Of a stretch of DNA of 64,000 nucleotides, positions 11,251 to 24,841 are shown one piece after another. A model generated the notes under the pieces. It searched no databases. It saw only the letters and a program-made list of their open reading frames with translations, and was not told the origin of the DNA. Within the stretch, counting starts at the first letter, position 1. Each line of letters starts with the position of its first letter. The position numbers were made by a program, and so were the translations under genes. Source of the DNA: Eutreptiella sp. 'Long Island Sound 2002' (lineage: Eukaryota > Protista > Euglenida); NCBI GenBank assembly GCA_964036045.1, contig OZ038378.1, positions 117,366,001-117,430,000 on the forward strand, written 5' to 3'.

Positions 11251-12111
11251 AGAAAAAGTCACTACCACATCTTTTGTAGGGGACTTGATCCAGGCCAAGG
11301 CCCCCCTTTTCTTTGGAAAGTAATGAAAACTAATATTTAATCATCTCTATCACTCTTTTGAAGCATAAAGTACATTTTTCAAAGTAACTAGGGTTATAAC
11401 CCTAGCCGGGAAGTTCACCCCCTACCACTCAAGTGAGCAGAGGTATCGTCCTTCATGGAGGTAATACCGAAATAAACCAGGCACTTCATGCCTTTTTTCT
11501 TAGAGGTTAAGCCTAGTGGTGTCCCACCTGAGGACCTAGATACTCAAATGTTTCACCCACTTATTGTGGTTCTACTTTTTAACTGATTTTGAACTCAGTT
11601 GCTTGGCCAAGCTGGCCAAGCCATAGCCTGTGTCTGGCCCAACCTACTTGCCTCACGTTCCTAACCAACTCCATTGTATCTCAAACAGCGCACATGAAGT
11701 GCTTGTGACTATCCTTGGGGCCAAACTTATGCCAGCTTTCACTATAAAATCATTTGGTTTGCTTATAAAAAATTGAAGCTATGTACTTAAGCCTACATTG
11801 CTCTTTGTGCAGCCCCTCTTTTGCTACACATGCTTTAAATTGGAGGGATACTTTCCTGACATTGAAATCGATCTGGTATTTGGGTTGCCTTGCTCCGCTT
11901 CTTTGTCATTTCACACTTGGAAAAAATCCATCAAGGTTTTCATCTACAAAAACAACAAGCAAGAAGGAACAAACACATCAAGGGCAAACCAGAAAGCTTT
12001 TCTGGTAGCACAAACAGCCTCCCACGTGCAGGCTAAAGCATCGAAAGGCAATCTGATTCCACTATGTTTGTAACACTCACTGCCAAAACATTGCCCATCA
12101 GGTCCAGACCG

Positions 12112-14283
12112 ATGGCTGAACCTGAAGTTGGGCCGTCCATGGCACAGGCCCTAAGTGGAAGACTAAGTACAACTGGAATCATTCCTCGAGGTCCGGGCCC
12201 TCGTGAAGAGCATGGAGCCAGAGGGGAGGAAGAAAATGAAGAATATGTAGACCCTGAACTCCGTCAAGAAGTCGAGGCCCCGGTCTTAACACTGGAGAAC
12301 CTTGAACGACTAGAGGGCATGGACCCATTGGCAGCTGCATTGGCTTCCGTGGTCGCCAGGTCTGATAAGTCCTCCCTTCCTTCTTCCGAAACCGGACCCG
12401 ATCCTACACATGCGAGATTGGCGATGGCAAAAGTGAAAGCTTAGAGAAAAGGAAAGGGGAAAGAGATGGGCAGAACTATCACAACGTGGGGAGAAGATTT
12501 TGAAATACTTTACGGCGAAGACCTTGCTTCGGTCCACAGTTCGCACCTATTCGCCGGCTGGGAATCGAGAGCCACCACACCCTCAATAAAGGGAACGATT
12601 GCACCTGTGTGCGTGGAGCGGGGTCTTTCTCCACGCGTCGTGGCTCATGAATGTGTGTGCGTGGAACGAGGTCTTCCAGAACGCGATGTAGCCCCTAAAT
12701 TGGGTCTTGATGAGACCGTTGAGCTACTCACAAGGAGCTTGGGTGCCAGCGAAGAGGACCCAGACCTGAATGCCTTGTCTGCGGCACTAAAGACAAAACT
12801 CGGGCTGTCGGATCTTAAGAAGCCCCCCTCTACCATGTCCCGTGGAGTGGAACTACTCAGCACGGACGTGAAGAGCTGCCGATGCATCCGCAGCTCCCCC
12901 ATGGACACCTGTCCTAGCCCTTTCCACCCCCGTGTGAGGACTGTGCCCGTCTGCAATTTGGCGACACCTCTGAGGTTGAGATGAAGAGCTATGGCCTGGC
13001 CGCACTGGCACCATTGGCCATTACACACCCCTCACCACCTTTAGGTGGAACAAGTGACACAGGTGTACCTGGCAGCGGAACGAAGGACATCGCCACGGCG
13101 AACCTTCAGATCGAACTCAGGGTCGAACACGATCCCAAAAACCTGCCCGAGTGAATTGCGGAGTTTTCTGAATTTTCAATCCTCACTGGTGAGCAGCACG
13201 CTGACATAAAGACAAAATACACACTTATCAAGAAGTCGTGCAAAAAAAAGTTTCTTCGGTGGCAGGTGAAGACCGCTATCAGGAAGAGCTCCAACTGGGG
13301 CAACTTCCTGAAAAGACTAGAGCAGATTTATCCAGTCTACGAGACGGACTTGAGGGTCGGTACCGAAATCCAGGAGTTTCCTTCACTCCCCGAATTTCCA
13401 TCAGCTACCCCTATCTCAGAGTTTGTGGCACGGCTGGAGGAGCGCAAGGGGCATATGAACCCCACCTCATATGGTCCCATTGAGCCGGACCTTTGGCTAG
13501 TAGGGAAGATTCCTCTCAAGACTTGGGAGAATTGCAGGGAGACGTCCGAGAGGAAAGCTCGGACGCACTCCTATCATGATCTGATACATCTCTTGCTCGA
13601 ACTGGCCATAGAGAGGGAGAATGACTCTCACATGGACAAGCATCTGCGCAAGCATCTGCGAAGGGAGACCCCTGCCGAGGAAAATCCCGGAGGGAGGTCG
13701 TCTCAACCCCACTCTAACCCTGGTAAGAGCCGCGGTGGTCAGTTGAAACGTATGCAAGAGACCCCCCCCTCCAATGGCAAAGGGGTCCCTAATCTTTTCT
13801 ACTTTCGTCGTGCGGACGACAAAAATGGACCTTGCCATGCGTCCGACTGTGATGGGCTAAGTGCTTGCATGCTCCAACTGCAACGCAGGCAGAAAACCAA
13901 GGATGGTCAAGAGGTGAAACACCAGGACTCCTTCCGTTGCACCATCATGTGCGGGTACTGCGGCAAGCGTCGGCATTAAGAAGATGAATGCCACATTAAA
14001 CACCCCGAGTCCGAAAAGCACAAAAAGGCGGAAGAAGAAAAGCGGCGGAAAGCCGGTAAGGGTAACTCCGATGGGGAAGGCCGTAACCCGGGGAGATCCC
14101 CTGGTAAGGGTAACTCTGGCAGAGGACGGAGGTCTTAAGCCCCTCCCTGTGGTGGGAGAGGCCCGCCTAACCCTGCCCCCAAGGGTGAGCAGCAGGGTGA
14201 GAAGAGAACTGCGACCCCCCCCCCCCTTCCCAAAGCACTGGCGGCGCCGAGAAGGGCAACAAGGCCAAGAAGCGGAAGCTCAA
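12112..14283 (+). pseudogene. gag: gag of gypsy element A (5' part), with a CCHC zinc knuckle
   Basis: ORF fragments 12064-12444, 12466-12984 and 13266-13979 lead to CGYCGKRRH*EDEC (CX2CX4HX4C). The frame ends ...KKRKL at the transposon insertion and resumes NWQPKCLQAAGVEVKFREEGSG* at 25068-25136. Confidence 0.8.
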
Positions 14284-14300
14284 CCCTTGGTACACGCTAG

Positions 14301-17300
14301 AATGCCCAATCTCTCTCTAGCCTAGAACCGGCTAGAGCGGCTAGAACGAAAAAAAGAGTGGAACACCCCCCCCCGGGGGGGGGGGGGGATGAGGTGTGTA
14401 ACCTGGACCCCCCTATCCATACTCGGGGGCCCATACTTTCATTTTCACAATTTCACTGTTTTCACGTGATTTTGGAGTCCAAAAAATTGTCGTTCTAGCG
14501 GCGTTCTAGCGACGTTCTAGCGAGCGATCTAGAACGTCGCTAGAACGCCGCTAGAACGGCCAGGACTGCCGGGTCCCATGGCAGGTCCAGGAGGCCCCTC
14601 GCAGCCCTCGACCCCATCAACCCCCTCAGCCAGTCGCTCGCCCCCCCCCCCCCCCCCTCGGCGCCGCCTCCACCACCTTGGTCTCCTCCTCCTCCTCCTT
14701 CACGCTCGCCTCCTCCATCTCGCCCTGTACGTCCACCTCCATCACCTCGTCCACCTCCTCGTCCTTCACCCTCGCCACCACCGCCGCCAACTCGCTGTCG
14801 CTCTGCCTCACAGCCCGATCGAACCCCTCGATCGCCGCCTGCTTCTCGACCACCTTCGCCTTCGCCTTGCGAAGGTCTGCCTCCCCCCACAGGATCCTCT
14901 CCTCCTCCGCTCCCTCCTCCACGAGGCTGCGCAATTTTGCCTCCCAGGCTGAGACTTTCGTCTCCGCCCTTGTCTTGGCCGTCCTGGAGGCGGCGCGGGA
15001 ATCCAAGAACCCTTTGAGCTCTCCCCGCGCGACCTCCACCTCCGCCGGTTCCTCCAACGCCGCCGCCCCCTTCCGGGCTACCCATGGGGGAGGGGGTGGC
15101 GACTGTGGATGTGGGGCTTGGGGTTGGGGCTTGGGCTTGGGCTTGGGCTTGGCGAGGGGGGCCTTGGGGTGCGGGGCCTGCTCGGCCTTCGGCTCCGCCT
15201 CCTCGGCCGAAGCTGCACGCCTGTACGCCTCCAGGATCTACGCAATCAGCGCCTGGGTCGCTGCGTTCTGTAGCATAGGAGCGTTCTAGCGGCGTTCTAG
15301 GCAACTGTTCTAGCGGCGTTTGAGCGACAGTCTAGCGGCCGATCGTGCTGCCTAGATCAAGGCTAGAACGATTCCCTAGATCACCGCTAGAACGCACAGC
15401 ACGAAATATACCTGCCTCACCAGCTCGTCCAACTGCTCTCGACTTGCCATCTTGGATTGAAATATTCTGGTTCAGGGAAGCCTGCATGTGACCCTGGCCC
15501 CTCCTTACCTCCATGGCATCCCTGCCCGAGCATGGCACTTGCGACCGCGCCCCCCCCTGCACAACCCACGACACGTCAAAGTACGCAAACAACCATGTCA
15601 TGCACTGCGCTTGCACATTGACCTCCCTGTGGATGGCCGACAATTGACGACCCGACACCTCGTCCACCCCCTCCACCCGACACCCCCCCCCCCGGCCCCC
15701 GGTTGCTGTGCTCGTTGTGACCATGTTTCAGACGGCGGTTAATGCTTTCCGAAATGTCAACGGAGAACATAGCCAGGCCGAACGGCTTAATGCCCAATCT
15801 CTTTCTAGCCGAGAACCGGCTAGAGCGGCTAGAACGAAAAAAAGAGGGGAATACCCCCCCCCCGGGGGGGGGGGGGGATGAGGTGTCTAACCTGGACCCC
15901 CCTATCCATACTCGGGGGCCCATACTTTTTTTTTTCACAATTTCACTGTTTTCACGTGATTTTGGAGCCAAAAATTTTTCGTTCTAGCGGCGTTCTAGCG
16001 ACGTTCTAGCGAGCGTTCTAGAACGTCGCTAGAACGCCGCTAGAACGGCCAGGACTGCCGGGTCCCATGGCAGGTCCAGGAGGCCCCCCGCAGCCCTCGA
16101 CCCCATCAACCCCCTTAGCCAGTCGCTCGCCCCCCCCCCCCTCTACGCCGCCTCCACCACCTTGGTCTCCTCCTCCTCCTCCTTCACGCTCGCCTCCTCC
16201 ATCTCGCCGTGTACGTCCACCTCCATCACCTCGTCCACCTCCTCGTCCTTCACCCTCGCCACCACCGCCGCCAACTCGCTGTCGCTCTGCCTCACAGCCC
16301 GATCGAACCCCTCGATCGCCGCCTGCTTCTCGACCACCTTCGCCTTCGCCTTGCGAAGGTCTGCCTCCCCCCACAGGATCCTCTCCTCCTCCGCTCCCTC
16401 CTCCACGAGGCTGCGCAATTTTGCCTCCCAGGCTGAGACTTTCGTCTCCGCCCTTGTCTTGGCCGTCCTGGAGGCGGCGCGGGAATCCAAGAACCCTTTG
16501 AGCTCTCCCCGCGCGACCTCCACCTCCGCCGGTTCCTCCAACGCCGCCGCCCCCTTCCGGGCTACCAATGGGGGAGGGGGTGGCGACTGTGGATGTGGGG
16601 CTTGGGGTTGGGGCTTGGGCTTGGGCTTGGGCTTGGCGAGGGGGGCTTTGGGGTGCGGGGCCTGCTCGGCCTTCGGCTCCGCCTCCTCGGCCGAAGCTGC
16701 ACGCCTGTCCGCCTCCAGGATCTACGCAATCAGCGCCTGGGTCGCTGCGTTCTGTAGCATAGGAGCGTTCTAGCGGCGTTCTAGGCAACTGTTCTAGCGG
16801 CGTTTGAGCGACAGTCTAGCGGCCGATCGTGCTGCCTAGATCAAGGCTAGAACGATTCCCTAGATCACCGCTAGAACGCACAGCACGAAATATACCTGCC
16901 TCACCAGCTCGTCCAACTGCTCTCGACTTGCCATCTTGGATTGAAATATTCTGGTTCAGGGAAGCCTGCATGTGACCCTGGCCCCTCCTTACCTCCATGG
17001 CATCCCTGCCCGAGCATGGCACTTGCGACCGCGCCCTCCCCTGCACAACCCACGACACGTCAAAGTACGCAAACAACCATGTCATGCACTGCGCTTGCAC
17101 ATTGACCTCCCTGTGGATGGCCGACAATTGACGACCCGACACCTCGTCCACCCCCTCCACCCGACACCCCCCCCCCCCGCCCCCGGTTGCTGTGCTCGTT
17201 GTGACCATGTTTCAGACGGCGGTTAATGCTTTCCGAAATGTCAACGGAGAACATAGCCAGGCCAAACGGCTTAATGCCCAATCTCTTTCTAGCCGAGAAC

Positions 17301-20300
17301 CGGCTAGAGCGGCTAGAACGAAAAAAAGAGGGGAATACCCCCCCCGGGGGGGCGGGAGGGATGAGGTGTCTAACTTGGACCCCCCTATCCATACTCGGGG
17401 GCCCATACTTTTTTTTCACAATTTCACTGTTTTCACGTGATTTTGGAGTCCAAAATTTTTTCGTTCTAGCGGCGTTCTAGCGACGTTCTAGCGAGCGTTC
17501 TAGAACGTAGCTAGAACGCCGCTAGAACGGCCAGGACTGCCGGGTCCCATGGCAGGTCCAGGAGGCCCCCCGCAGCCCTCGACCCCATCAACCCCCTCAG
17601 CCAGTCGCTCGCCCCCCCCCCCCTCGGCGCCGCCTCCACCACCTTGGTCTCCTCCTCCTCCTCCTTCACGCTCGCCTCCTCCATCTCGCCGTGTACGTCC
17701 ACCTCCATCACCTCGTCCACCTCCTCGTCCTTCACCCTCGCCACCACCACCGCCAACTCGCTGTCGCTCTGCCTCACAGCCCGATCGAACCCCTCGATCG
17801 CCGCCTGCTTCTCGACCACCTTCGCCTTCGCCTTGCGAAGGTCTGCCTCCCCCCACAGGATCCTCTCCTCCTCCGCTCCCTCCTCCACGAGGCTGCGCAA
17901 TTTTGCCTCCCAGGCTGAGACTTTCGTCTCCGCCCTTGTCTTGGCCGTCCTGGAGGCGGCGCGGGAATCCAAGAACCCTTTGAGCTCTCCCCGCGCGACC
18001 TCCACCTCCGCCGGTTCCTCCAACGCCGCCGCCCCCTTCCGGGCTACCCATGGGGGAGGGGGTGGCGACTGTGGATGTGGGGCTTGGGGTTGGGGCTTGG
18101 GCTTGGGCTTGGGCTTGGCGAGGGGGGCCTTGGGGTGCGGGGCCTGCTCGGCCTTCGGCTCCGCCTCCTCGGCCGAAGCTGCACGCCTGTCCGCCTCCAG
18201 GATCTACGCAATCAGCGCCTGGGTCGCTGCGTTCTGTAGCATAGGAGCGTTCTAGCGGCGTTCTAGGCAACTGTTCTAGCGGCGTTTGAGCGACAGTCTA
18301 GCGGCCGATCGTGCTGCCTAGATCAAGGCTAGAACGATTCCCTAGATCACCGCTAGAACGCACAGCACGAAATATACCTGCCTCACCAGCTCGTCCAACT
18401 GCTCTCGACTTGCCATCTTGGATTGAAATATTCTGGTTCAGGGAAGCCTGCATGTGACCCTGGCCCCTCCTTACCTCCATGGCATCCCTGCCCGAGCATG
18501 GCACTTGCGACCGCGCCCCCCCCTGCACAACCCACGACACGTCAAAGTACGCAAACAACCATGTCATGCACTGCGCTTGCACATTGACCTCCCTGTGGAT
18601 GGCCGACAATTGACGACCCGACACCTCGTCCACCCCCTCCACCCGACACCCCCCCCCCCCCCCCGCCCCCGGTTGCTGTGCTCGTTGTGACCATGTTTCA
18701 GACGGCGGTTAATGCTTTCCGAAATGTCAACGGAGAACATAGCCAGGCCAAATGGCTTAATGCCCAATCTCTTTCTAGCCGAGAACCGGCTAGAGCGGCT
18801 AGAACGAAAAAAAGAGGGGAATACCCCCCCCCCGGGGGGGGGGGGGGGATGAGGTGTCTAACTTGGGACCCCCTATCCATACTCGGGGGCCCATACTTTT
18901 TTTTTTCACAATTTCACTGTTTTCACGTGATTTTGGAGCCAAAAATTTTTCGTTCTAGCGGCGTTCTAGCGACGTTCTAGCGAGCGTTCTAGAACGTAGC
19001 TAGAACGCCGCTAGAACGGCCAGGACTGCCGGGTCCCATGGCAGGTCCAGGAGGCCCCCCGCAGCCCTCGACCCCATCAACCCCCTCAGCCAGTCGCTCG
19101 CCCCCCCCCCCCCTCGGCGTCGCCTCCACCACCTTGGTCTCCTCCTCCTCCTCCTTCACGCTCGCCTCCTCCATCTCGCCGTGTACGTCCACCTCCATCA
19201 CCTCGTCCACCTCCTCGTCCTTACCCTCGCCACCACCGCCGCCAACTCGCTGTCGCTCTGCCTCACAGCCCGATCGAACCCCTCGATCGCCGCCTGCTTC
19301 TCGACCACCTTCGCCTTCGCCTTGCGAAGGTCTGCCTCCCCCCACAGGATCCTCTCCTCCTCCGCTCCCTCCTCCACGAGGCTGCGCAATTTTGCCTCCC
19401 AGGCTGAGACTTTCGTCTCCGCCCTTGTCTTGGCCGTCCTGGAGGCGGCGCGGGAATCCAAGAACCCTTTGAGCTCTCCCCGCGCGACCTCCACCTCCGC
19501 CGGTTCCTCCAACGCCGCCGCCCCCTTCCGGGCTACCCATGGGGGAGGGGGTGGCGACTGTGGATGTGGGGCTTGGGGTTGGGGCTTGGGCTTGGGCTTG
19601 GGCTTGGCGAGGGGGGCCTTGGGGTGCGGGGCCTGCTCGGCCTTCGGCTCCGCCTCCTCGGCCGAAGCTGCACGCCTGTCCGCCTCCAGGATCTACGCAA
19701 TCAGCGCCTGGGTCGCTGCGTTCTGTAGCATAGGAGCGTTCTAGCGGCGTTCTAGGCAACTGTTCTAGCGGCGTTTGAGCGACAGTCTAGCGGCCGATCG
19801 TGCTGCCTAGATCAAGGCTAGAACGATTCCCTAGATCACCGCTAGAACGCACAGCACGAAATATACCTGCCTCACCAGCTCGTCCAACTGCTCTCGACTT
19901 GCCATCTTGGGTTGAAATATTCTGGTTCAGGGAAGCCTGCATGTGACCCTGGCCCCTCCTTACCTCCATGGCATCCCTGCCCGAGCATGGCACTTGCGAC
20001 CGCGCCCCCCCCTGCACAACCCACGACACGTCAAAGTACGCAAACAACCATGTCATGCACTGCGCTTGCACATTGACCTCCCTGTGGATGGCCGACAATT
20101 GACGACCCGACACCTCGTCCACCCCCTCCACCCGACACCCCCCCCCCCCGGCCCCCGGTTGCTGTGCTCGTTGTGACCATGTTTCGGACGGCGGTTAATG
20201 CTTTCCGAAATGTCAACGGAGAACATAGCCAGGCCAAACGGCTTAATGCCCAATCTCTTTCTAGCCGAGAACCGGCTAGAGCGGCTAGAACGAAAAAAAG

Positions 20301-23219
20301 AGGGGAATACCCCCCCCGGGGGGGGGGGGGGATGAGGTGTCTAACTTGGACCCCCCTATCCATACTCGGGGGCCCATACTTTTTTTTTCACATTTCACTG
20401 TTTTCACGTGATTTTGGAGCCAAAAATTTTTCGTTCTAGCGGCGTTCTAGCGACGTTCTAGCGAGCGTTCTAGAACGTAGCTAGAACGCCGCTAGAACGG
20501 CCAGGACTGCCGGGTCCCATGGCAGGTCCAGGAGGCCCCCCGCAGCCCTCGACCCCATCAACCCCCTCAGCCAGTCGCTCGCCCCCCCCCCCCCCCCCTC
20601 GGCGCCGCCTCCACCACCTTGGTCTCCTCCTCCTCCTCCTTCACGCTCGCCTCCTCCATCTCGCCGTGTACGTCCACCTCCATCACCTCGTCCACCTCCT
20701 CGTCCTTCACCCTCGCCACCACCGCCGCCAACTCGCTGTCGCTCTGCCTCACAGCCCGATCGAACCCCTCGATCGCCGCCTGCTTCTCGACCACCTTCGC
20801 CTTCGCCTTGCGAAGGTCTGCCTCCCCCCACAGGATCCTCTCCTCCTCCGCTCCCTCCTCCACGAGGCTGCGCAATTTTGCCTCCCAGGCTGAGACTTTC
20901 GTCTCCGCCCTTGTCTTGGCCGTCCTGGAGGCGGCGCGGGAATCCAAGAACCCTTTGAGCTCTCCCCGCGCGACCTCCACCTCCGCCGGTTCCTTCAACG
21001 CCGCCGCCCCCTTCCGGGCTACCAATGGGGGAGGGGGTGGCGACTGTGGATGTGGGGCTTGGGGTTGGGGCTTGGGCTTGGGCTTGGGCTTGGCGAGGGG
21101 GGCTTTGGGGTGCGGGGCCTGCTCGGCCTTCGGCTCCGCCTCCTCGGCCGAAGCTGCACGCCTGTCCGCCTCCAGGATCTACGCAATCAGCGCCTGGGTC
21201 GCTGCGTTCTGTAGCATAGGAGCGTTCTAGCGGCGTTCTAGGCAACTGTTCTAGCGGCGTTTGAGCGACAGTCTAGCGGCCGATCGTGCTGCCTAGATCA
21301 AGGCTAGAACGATTCCCTAGATCACCGCTAGAACGCACAGCGCGAAATATACCTGCCTCACCAGCTCGTCCAACTGCTCTCGACTTGCCATCTTGGGTTG
21401 AAATATTCTGGTTCAGGGAAGCCTGCATGTGACCCTGGCCCCTCCTTACCTCCATGGCATCCCTGCCCGAGCATGGCACTTGCAACCGCGCCCCCCCCCT
21501 GCACAACCCACGACACGTCAAAGTACGCAAACAACCATGTCATGCCCTGCGCTTGCACATTGACCTCCCTGTGGATGGCCGACAATTGACGACCCGACAC
21601 CTCGTCCACCCCCTCCACCCGACACCCCCCCCCCCCCGCCCCCGGTTGCTGTGCTCGTTGTGACCATGTTTCAGACGGCGGTTAATGCTTTCCGAAATGT
21701 CAACGGAGAACATAGCCAGGCCAAACGGGTTAATGCCCAATCTCTTTCTAGCCGAGAACCGGCTAGAGCGGCTAGAACGAAAAAAAGAGGGGAATACCCC
21801 CCCCCCCGGGGGGGGGGGGGGGGAGGTGTCTAACCTGGACCGCCCTATCCATACTCGGGGGCCCATACTTTTTTTTCACAATTTCACTGTTTTCACGTGA
21901 TTTTGGAGTCCAAAATTTTTTCGTTCTAGCGGCGTTCTAGCGACGTTCTAGCGAGCGTTCTAGAACGTAGCTAGAACGCCGCTAGAACGGCCAGGACTGC
22001 CGGGTCCCATGGCAGGTCCAGGAGGCCCCCCGCAGCCCTCGACCCCATCAACCCCCTTAGCCAGTCGCTCGCCCCCCCCCCCCCTCGGCGCCGCCTCCAC
22101 CACCTTGGTCTCCTCCTTCTCCTCCTTCACGCTCGCCTCCTCCATCTCGCCGTGTACGTCCACCTCCATCACCTCGTCCACCTCCTCGTCCTTCACCCTC
22201 GCCACCACCGCCGCCAACTCGCTGTCGCTCTGCCTCACAGCCCGATCGAACCCCTCGATCGCCGCCTGCTTCTCGACCACCTTCGCCTTCGCCTTGCGAA
22301 GGTCTGCCTCCCCCCACAGGATCCTCTCCTCCTCCGCTCCCTCCTCCACGAGGCTGCGCAATTTTGCCTCCCAGGCTGAGACTTTCGTCTCCGCCCTTGT
22401 CTTGGCCGTCCTGGAGGCGGCGCGGGAATCCAAGAACCCTTTGAGCTCTCCCCGCGCGACCTCCACCTCCGCCGGTTCCTCCAACGCCGCCGCCCCCTTC
22501 CGGGCTACCAATGGGGGAGGGGGTGGCGACTGTGGATGTGGGGCTTGGGCTTGGGCTTGGGCTTGGGCTTGGGCTTGGCAAGGGGGCCTTTGGGGTGCGG
22601 GGCCTGCTCGGCCTTCGGCTCCGCCTCCTCGGCCGAAGCTGCACGCCTGTCCGCCTCGAGGATCTACGCAATCAGCGCCTGGGTCGCTGCGTTCTGTAGC
22701 ATAGGAGCGTTCTAGCGGCGTTCTAGGCAACTGTTCTAGCGGCGTTTGAGCGACAGTCTAGCGGCCGATCGTGCTGCCTAGATCAAGGCTAGAACGATTC
22801 CCTAGATCACCGCTAGAACGCACAGCACGAAATATACCTGCCTCACCAGCTCGTCCAACTGCTCTCGACTTGCCATCTTGGATTGAAATATTCTGGTTCA
22901 GGGAAGCCTGCATGTGACCCTGGCCCCTCCTTACCTCCATGGCATCCCTGCCCGAGCATGGCACTTGCGACCGCGGCCCCCCCTGCACAACCCACGACAC
23001 GTCAAAGTACGCAAACAACCATGTCATGCACTGCGCTTGCACATTGACCTCCCTGTGGATGGCGGACAATTGACGACCCAACACCTCGTCCACCCCCTCC
23101 ACCCGACACCCCCCCCCCCCCGCCCCCGGTTGCTGTGCTCGTTGTGACCATGTTTCAGACGGCGGTTAATGCTTTCCGAAATGTCAACGGAGAACATAGC
23201 CAGGCCAAACGGCTTAATG
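14301..23219. repeat. Six head-to-tail tandem copies of a 1484-1488 bp unit (transposon end plus 3' part of the transposase gene)
   Basis: Unit junctions at AATG 14301, 15789, 17273, 18759, 20245, 21732 and 23216. Copies are near-identical and differ by SNPs and homopolymer lengths. The same ORF set recurs six times in the track. Confidence 0.97.
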
Positions 23220-24841
23220 TTCTGCAACATGGTATCTACATCCTGCTCAAGGCTTAGTAGATACCATGATGCTGTTCCAGCAGTGCAGTGTCGCCGGAAA
23301 CCGCGCGCAACAGCAGCATAATTCAATGGGTTAGGGCCGTGATATGTACAATAGATGGCCTGCAGCAGGTCCCACATGTTCGCGATGGCCTTGTACTTGG
23401 CCGTGCTTGGCCTAATGCCGAGGCACTCAGCAATATCCGGCCATGCGTCAAAAAAGTTGGCCGTCTCCTCCCCATCCGGGGATGCCGACCCATAAACGCT
23501 CCAACCTGCACGCCTCTCCGACAGGAGAACTTGCAGGTTTCGACGGAGCGCAGGGGTGACCAACCTAGCCTCCCTATCGACAAACTCCCCCAACAAGCGG
23601 CCCATGGCCATTGTCAAGCGCAAAATGCACAAGACGACCGAGGCACGTGGCAATTTCAAAATGGGCTGCGTACTACAGCTGGCGGCTTGCAAGGACGGCG
23701 TCCCAAGGAGGAAGGCCGTGTAGTTGGCCTCATCACCCTCCATGGTCCGCGGGTTAGCACTACCCTCCCAAGTCTTCGTTGGCGCATTCCATATGCCCTC
23801 ATTGAACATGGAGCCCACTTGGGGGCATGTGGACAGCCCGATCACCCGTCGCGTCCACAGTTGATCCCCCCCGAGGATCACCTTTGCCTCCTCCTTGGAG
23901 GCCCCCCAATTGGACCAGCCCCGTGTCGATGATATCTTGAATCACGTGAACACGAGACATGGGGGGTGGTTAATTTCGTTCTAGTCTAGTCCACTCTAGC
24001 GTCTAGCGAGCGGTGTTTGAGGCCGACTAGATCAAAACTAGAACAAGTGAAAGGCACTAGGTGAGAGGAGTACCTCCCAATTGCTCTTCCATAATGTCCC
24101 AAGGGTCTCCATGGCCTTGTCATCGCAATTGGCCATGCTCAACACCCAAAGGCCTGCTGGGGAGCGGGCCAAGCGCTCGAAGTTGGCCAAGTAGATGGTG
24201 AGTTGGGTCCAATTGCCCCCGGCCACGGGGTAGGCATCTCCCCGGACGATGAACGTCAAAGGAAAGTTGCGGTTGATTGACCGCACCAAGCCCGGCCGGG
24301 AGAGGATGTATGTGACCCATGAGGCGAAGGGCCATGAGATCCCGGTGGCCTTGGGCAACACCGTGGCAACGGGGTCATCCAATTGCACCGGGGCGACCTA
24401 CTCCTTCCAACGGGCTTGGAAAGCCCGCTCGGTACAAATTGGACGGGAGTAGGGGCCACTAGGGACGGTGCGGTGATACTCCAACTTACGGAGCGTGTAG
24501 AGCTCCGAGAGGGTCCTCCACGAGGACTTGGGGGCCCTCGTGTTGAGCACTAGTTCACACATGGCGGTGGGGGGAAGTAGGGAGGCGGTGTATGCCTCAA
24601 CGGCGGCCTTGCATGCCTCACCCGTGGTTTGGGTAGAAGTGGCGGAGTTCACATGTTGGACGGCGTTGTTGAATTGCCGCCGTGCTAGGGGGCATGATAG
24701 CACCCACGTGGCCAAGTAACGGCCCACCCGCTCATCCTTTCGGTTTGAGGCCCCACTCAACTCCCGTAGTGCCTTAGACAAGAGGGAAGTATCCTTCGCG
24801 GGTGAGGAGGGAGCAAGGGGGGTAGTGGCGGGGCGTTTCAT
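21960..24841 (-). pseudogene. Intron-containing DDE transposase, RAG1/Transib/Chapaev-like, with a C-terminal coiled-coil/acidic tail
   Basis: Exon 1 is 24841-24074 (one TAG at 24398): ..LTFIVRGDAYP..QLTIYLANF... Exon 2 is about 23945-22838: ILGGDQLWTRRVIGL, VLCILRLTMAMGRLL, SWYLLSLEQDVDTML..PFGLAMFSVDISESINRRLK..H. This matches the GDG / GGD.KF..GL / H.LR / FS....ES.N pattern of Transib/RAG1-type enzymes. The GT-AG intron 22837-22694 joins in phase 1 to exon 3 (22693-21960). Intron 1 (24073-23946) has a GT donor, but my inferred acceptor reads AC. Confidence 0.7.

Noticed and set aside
14540-22730. Many 130-256 aa Gly-, Ser- or Pro-rich ORFs as separate genes
   Set aside because: They are alternative frames and antisense shadows of the repeated transposase 3' exons in a GC-rich tandem array.
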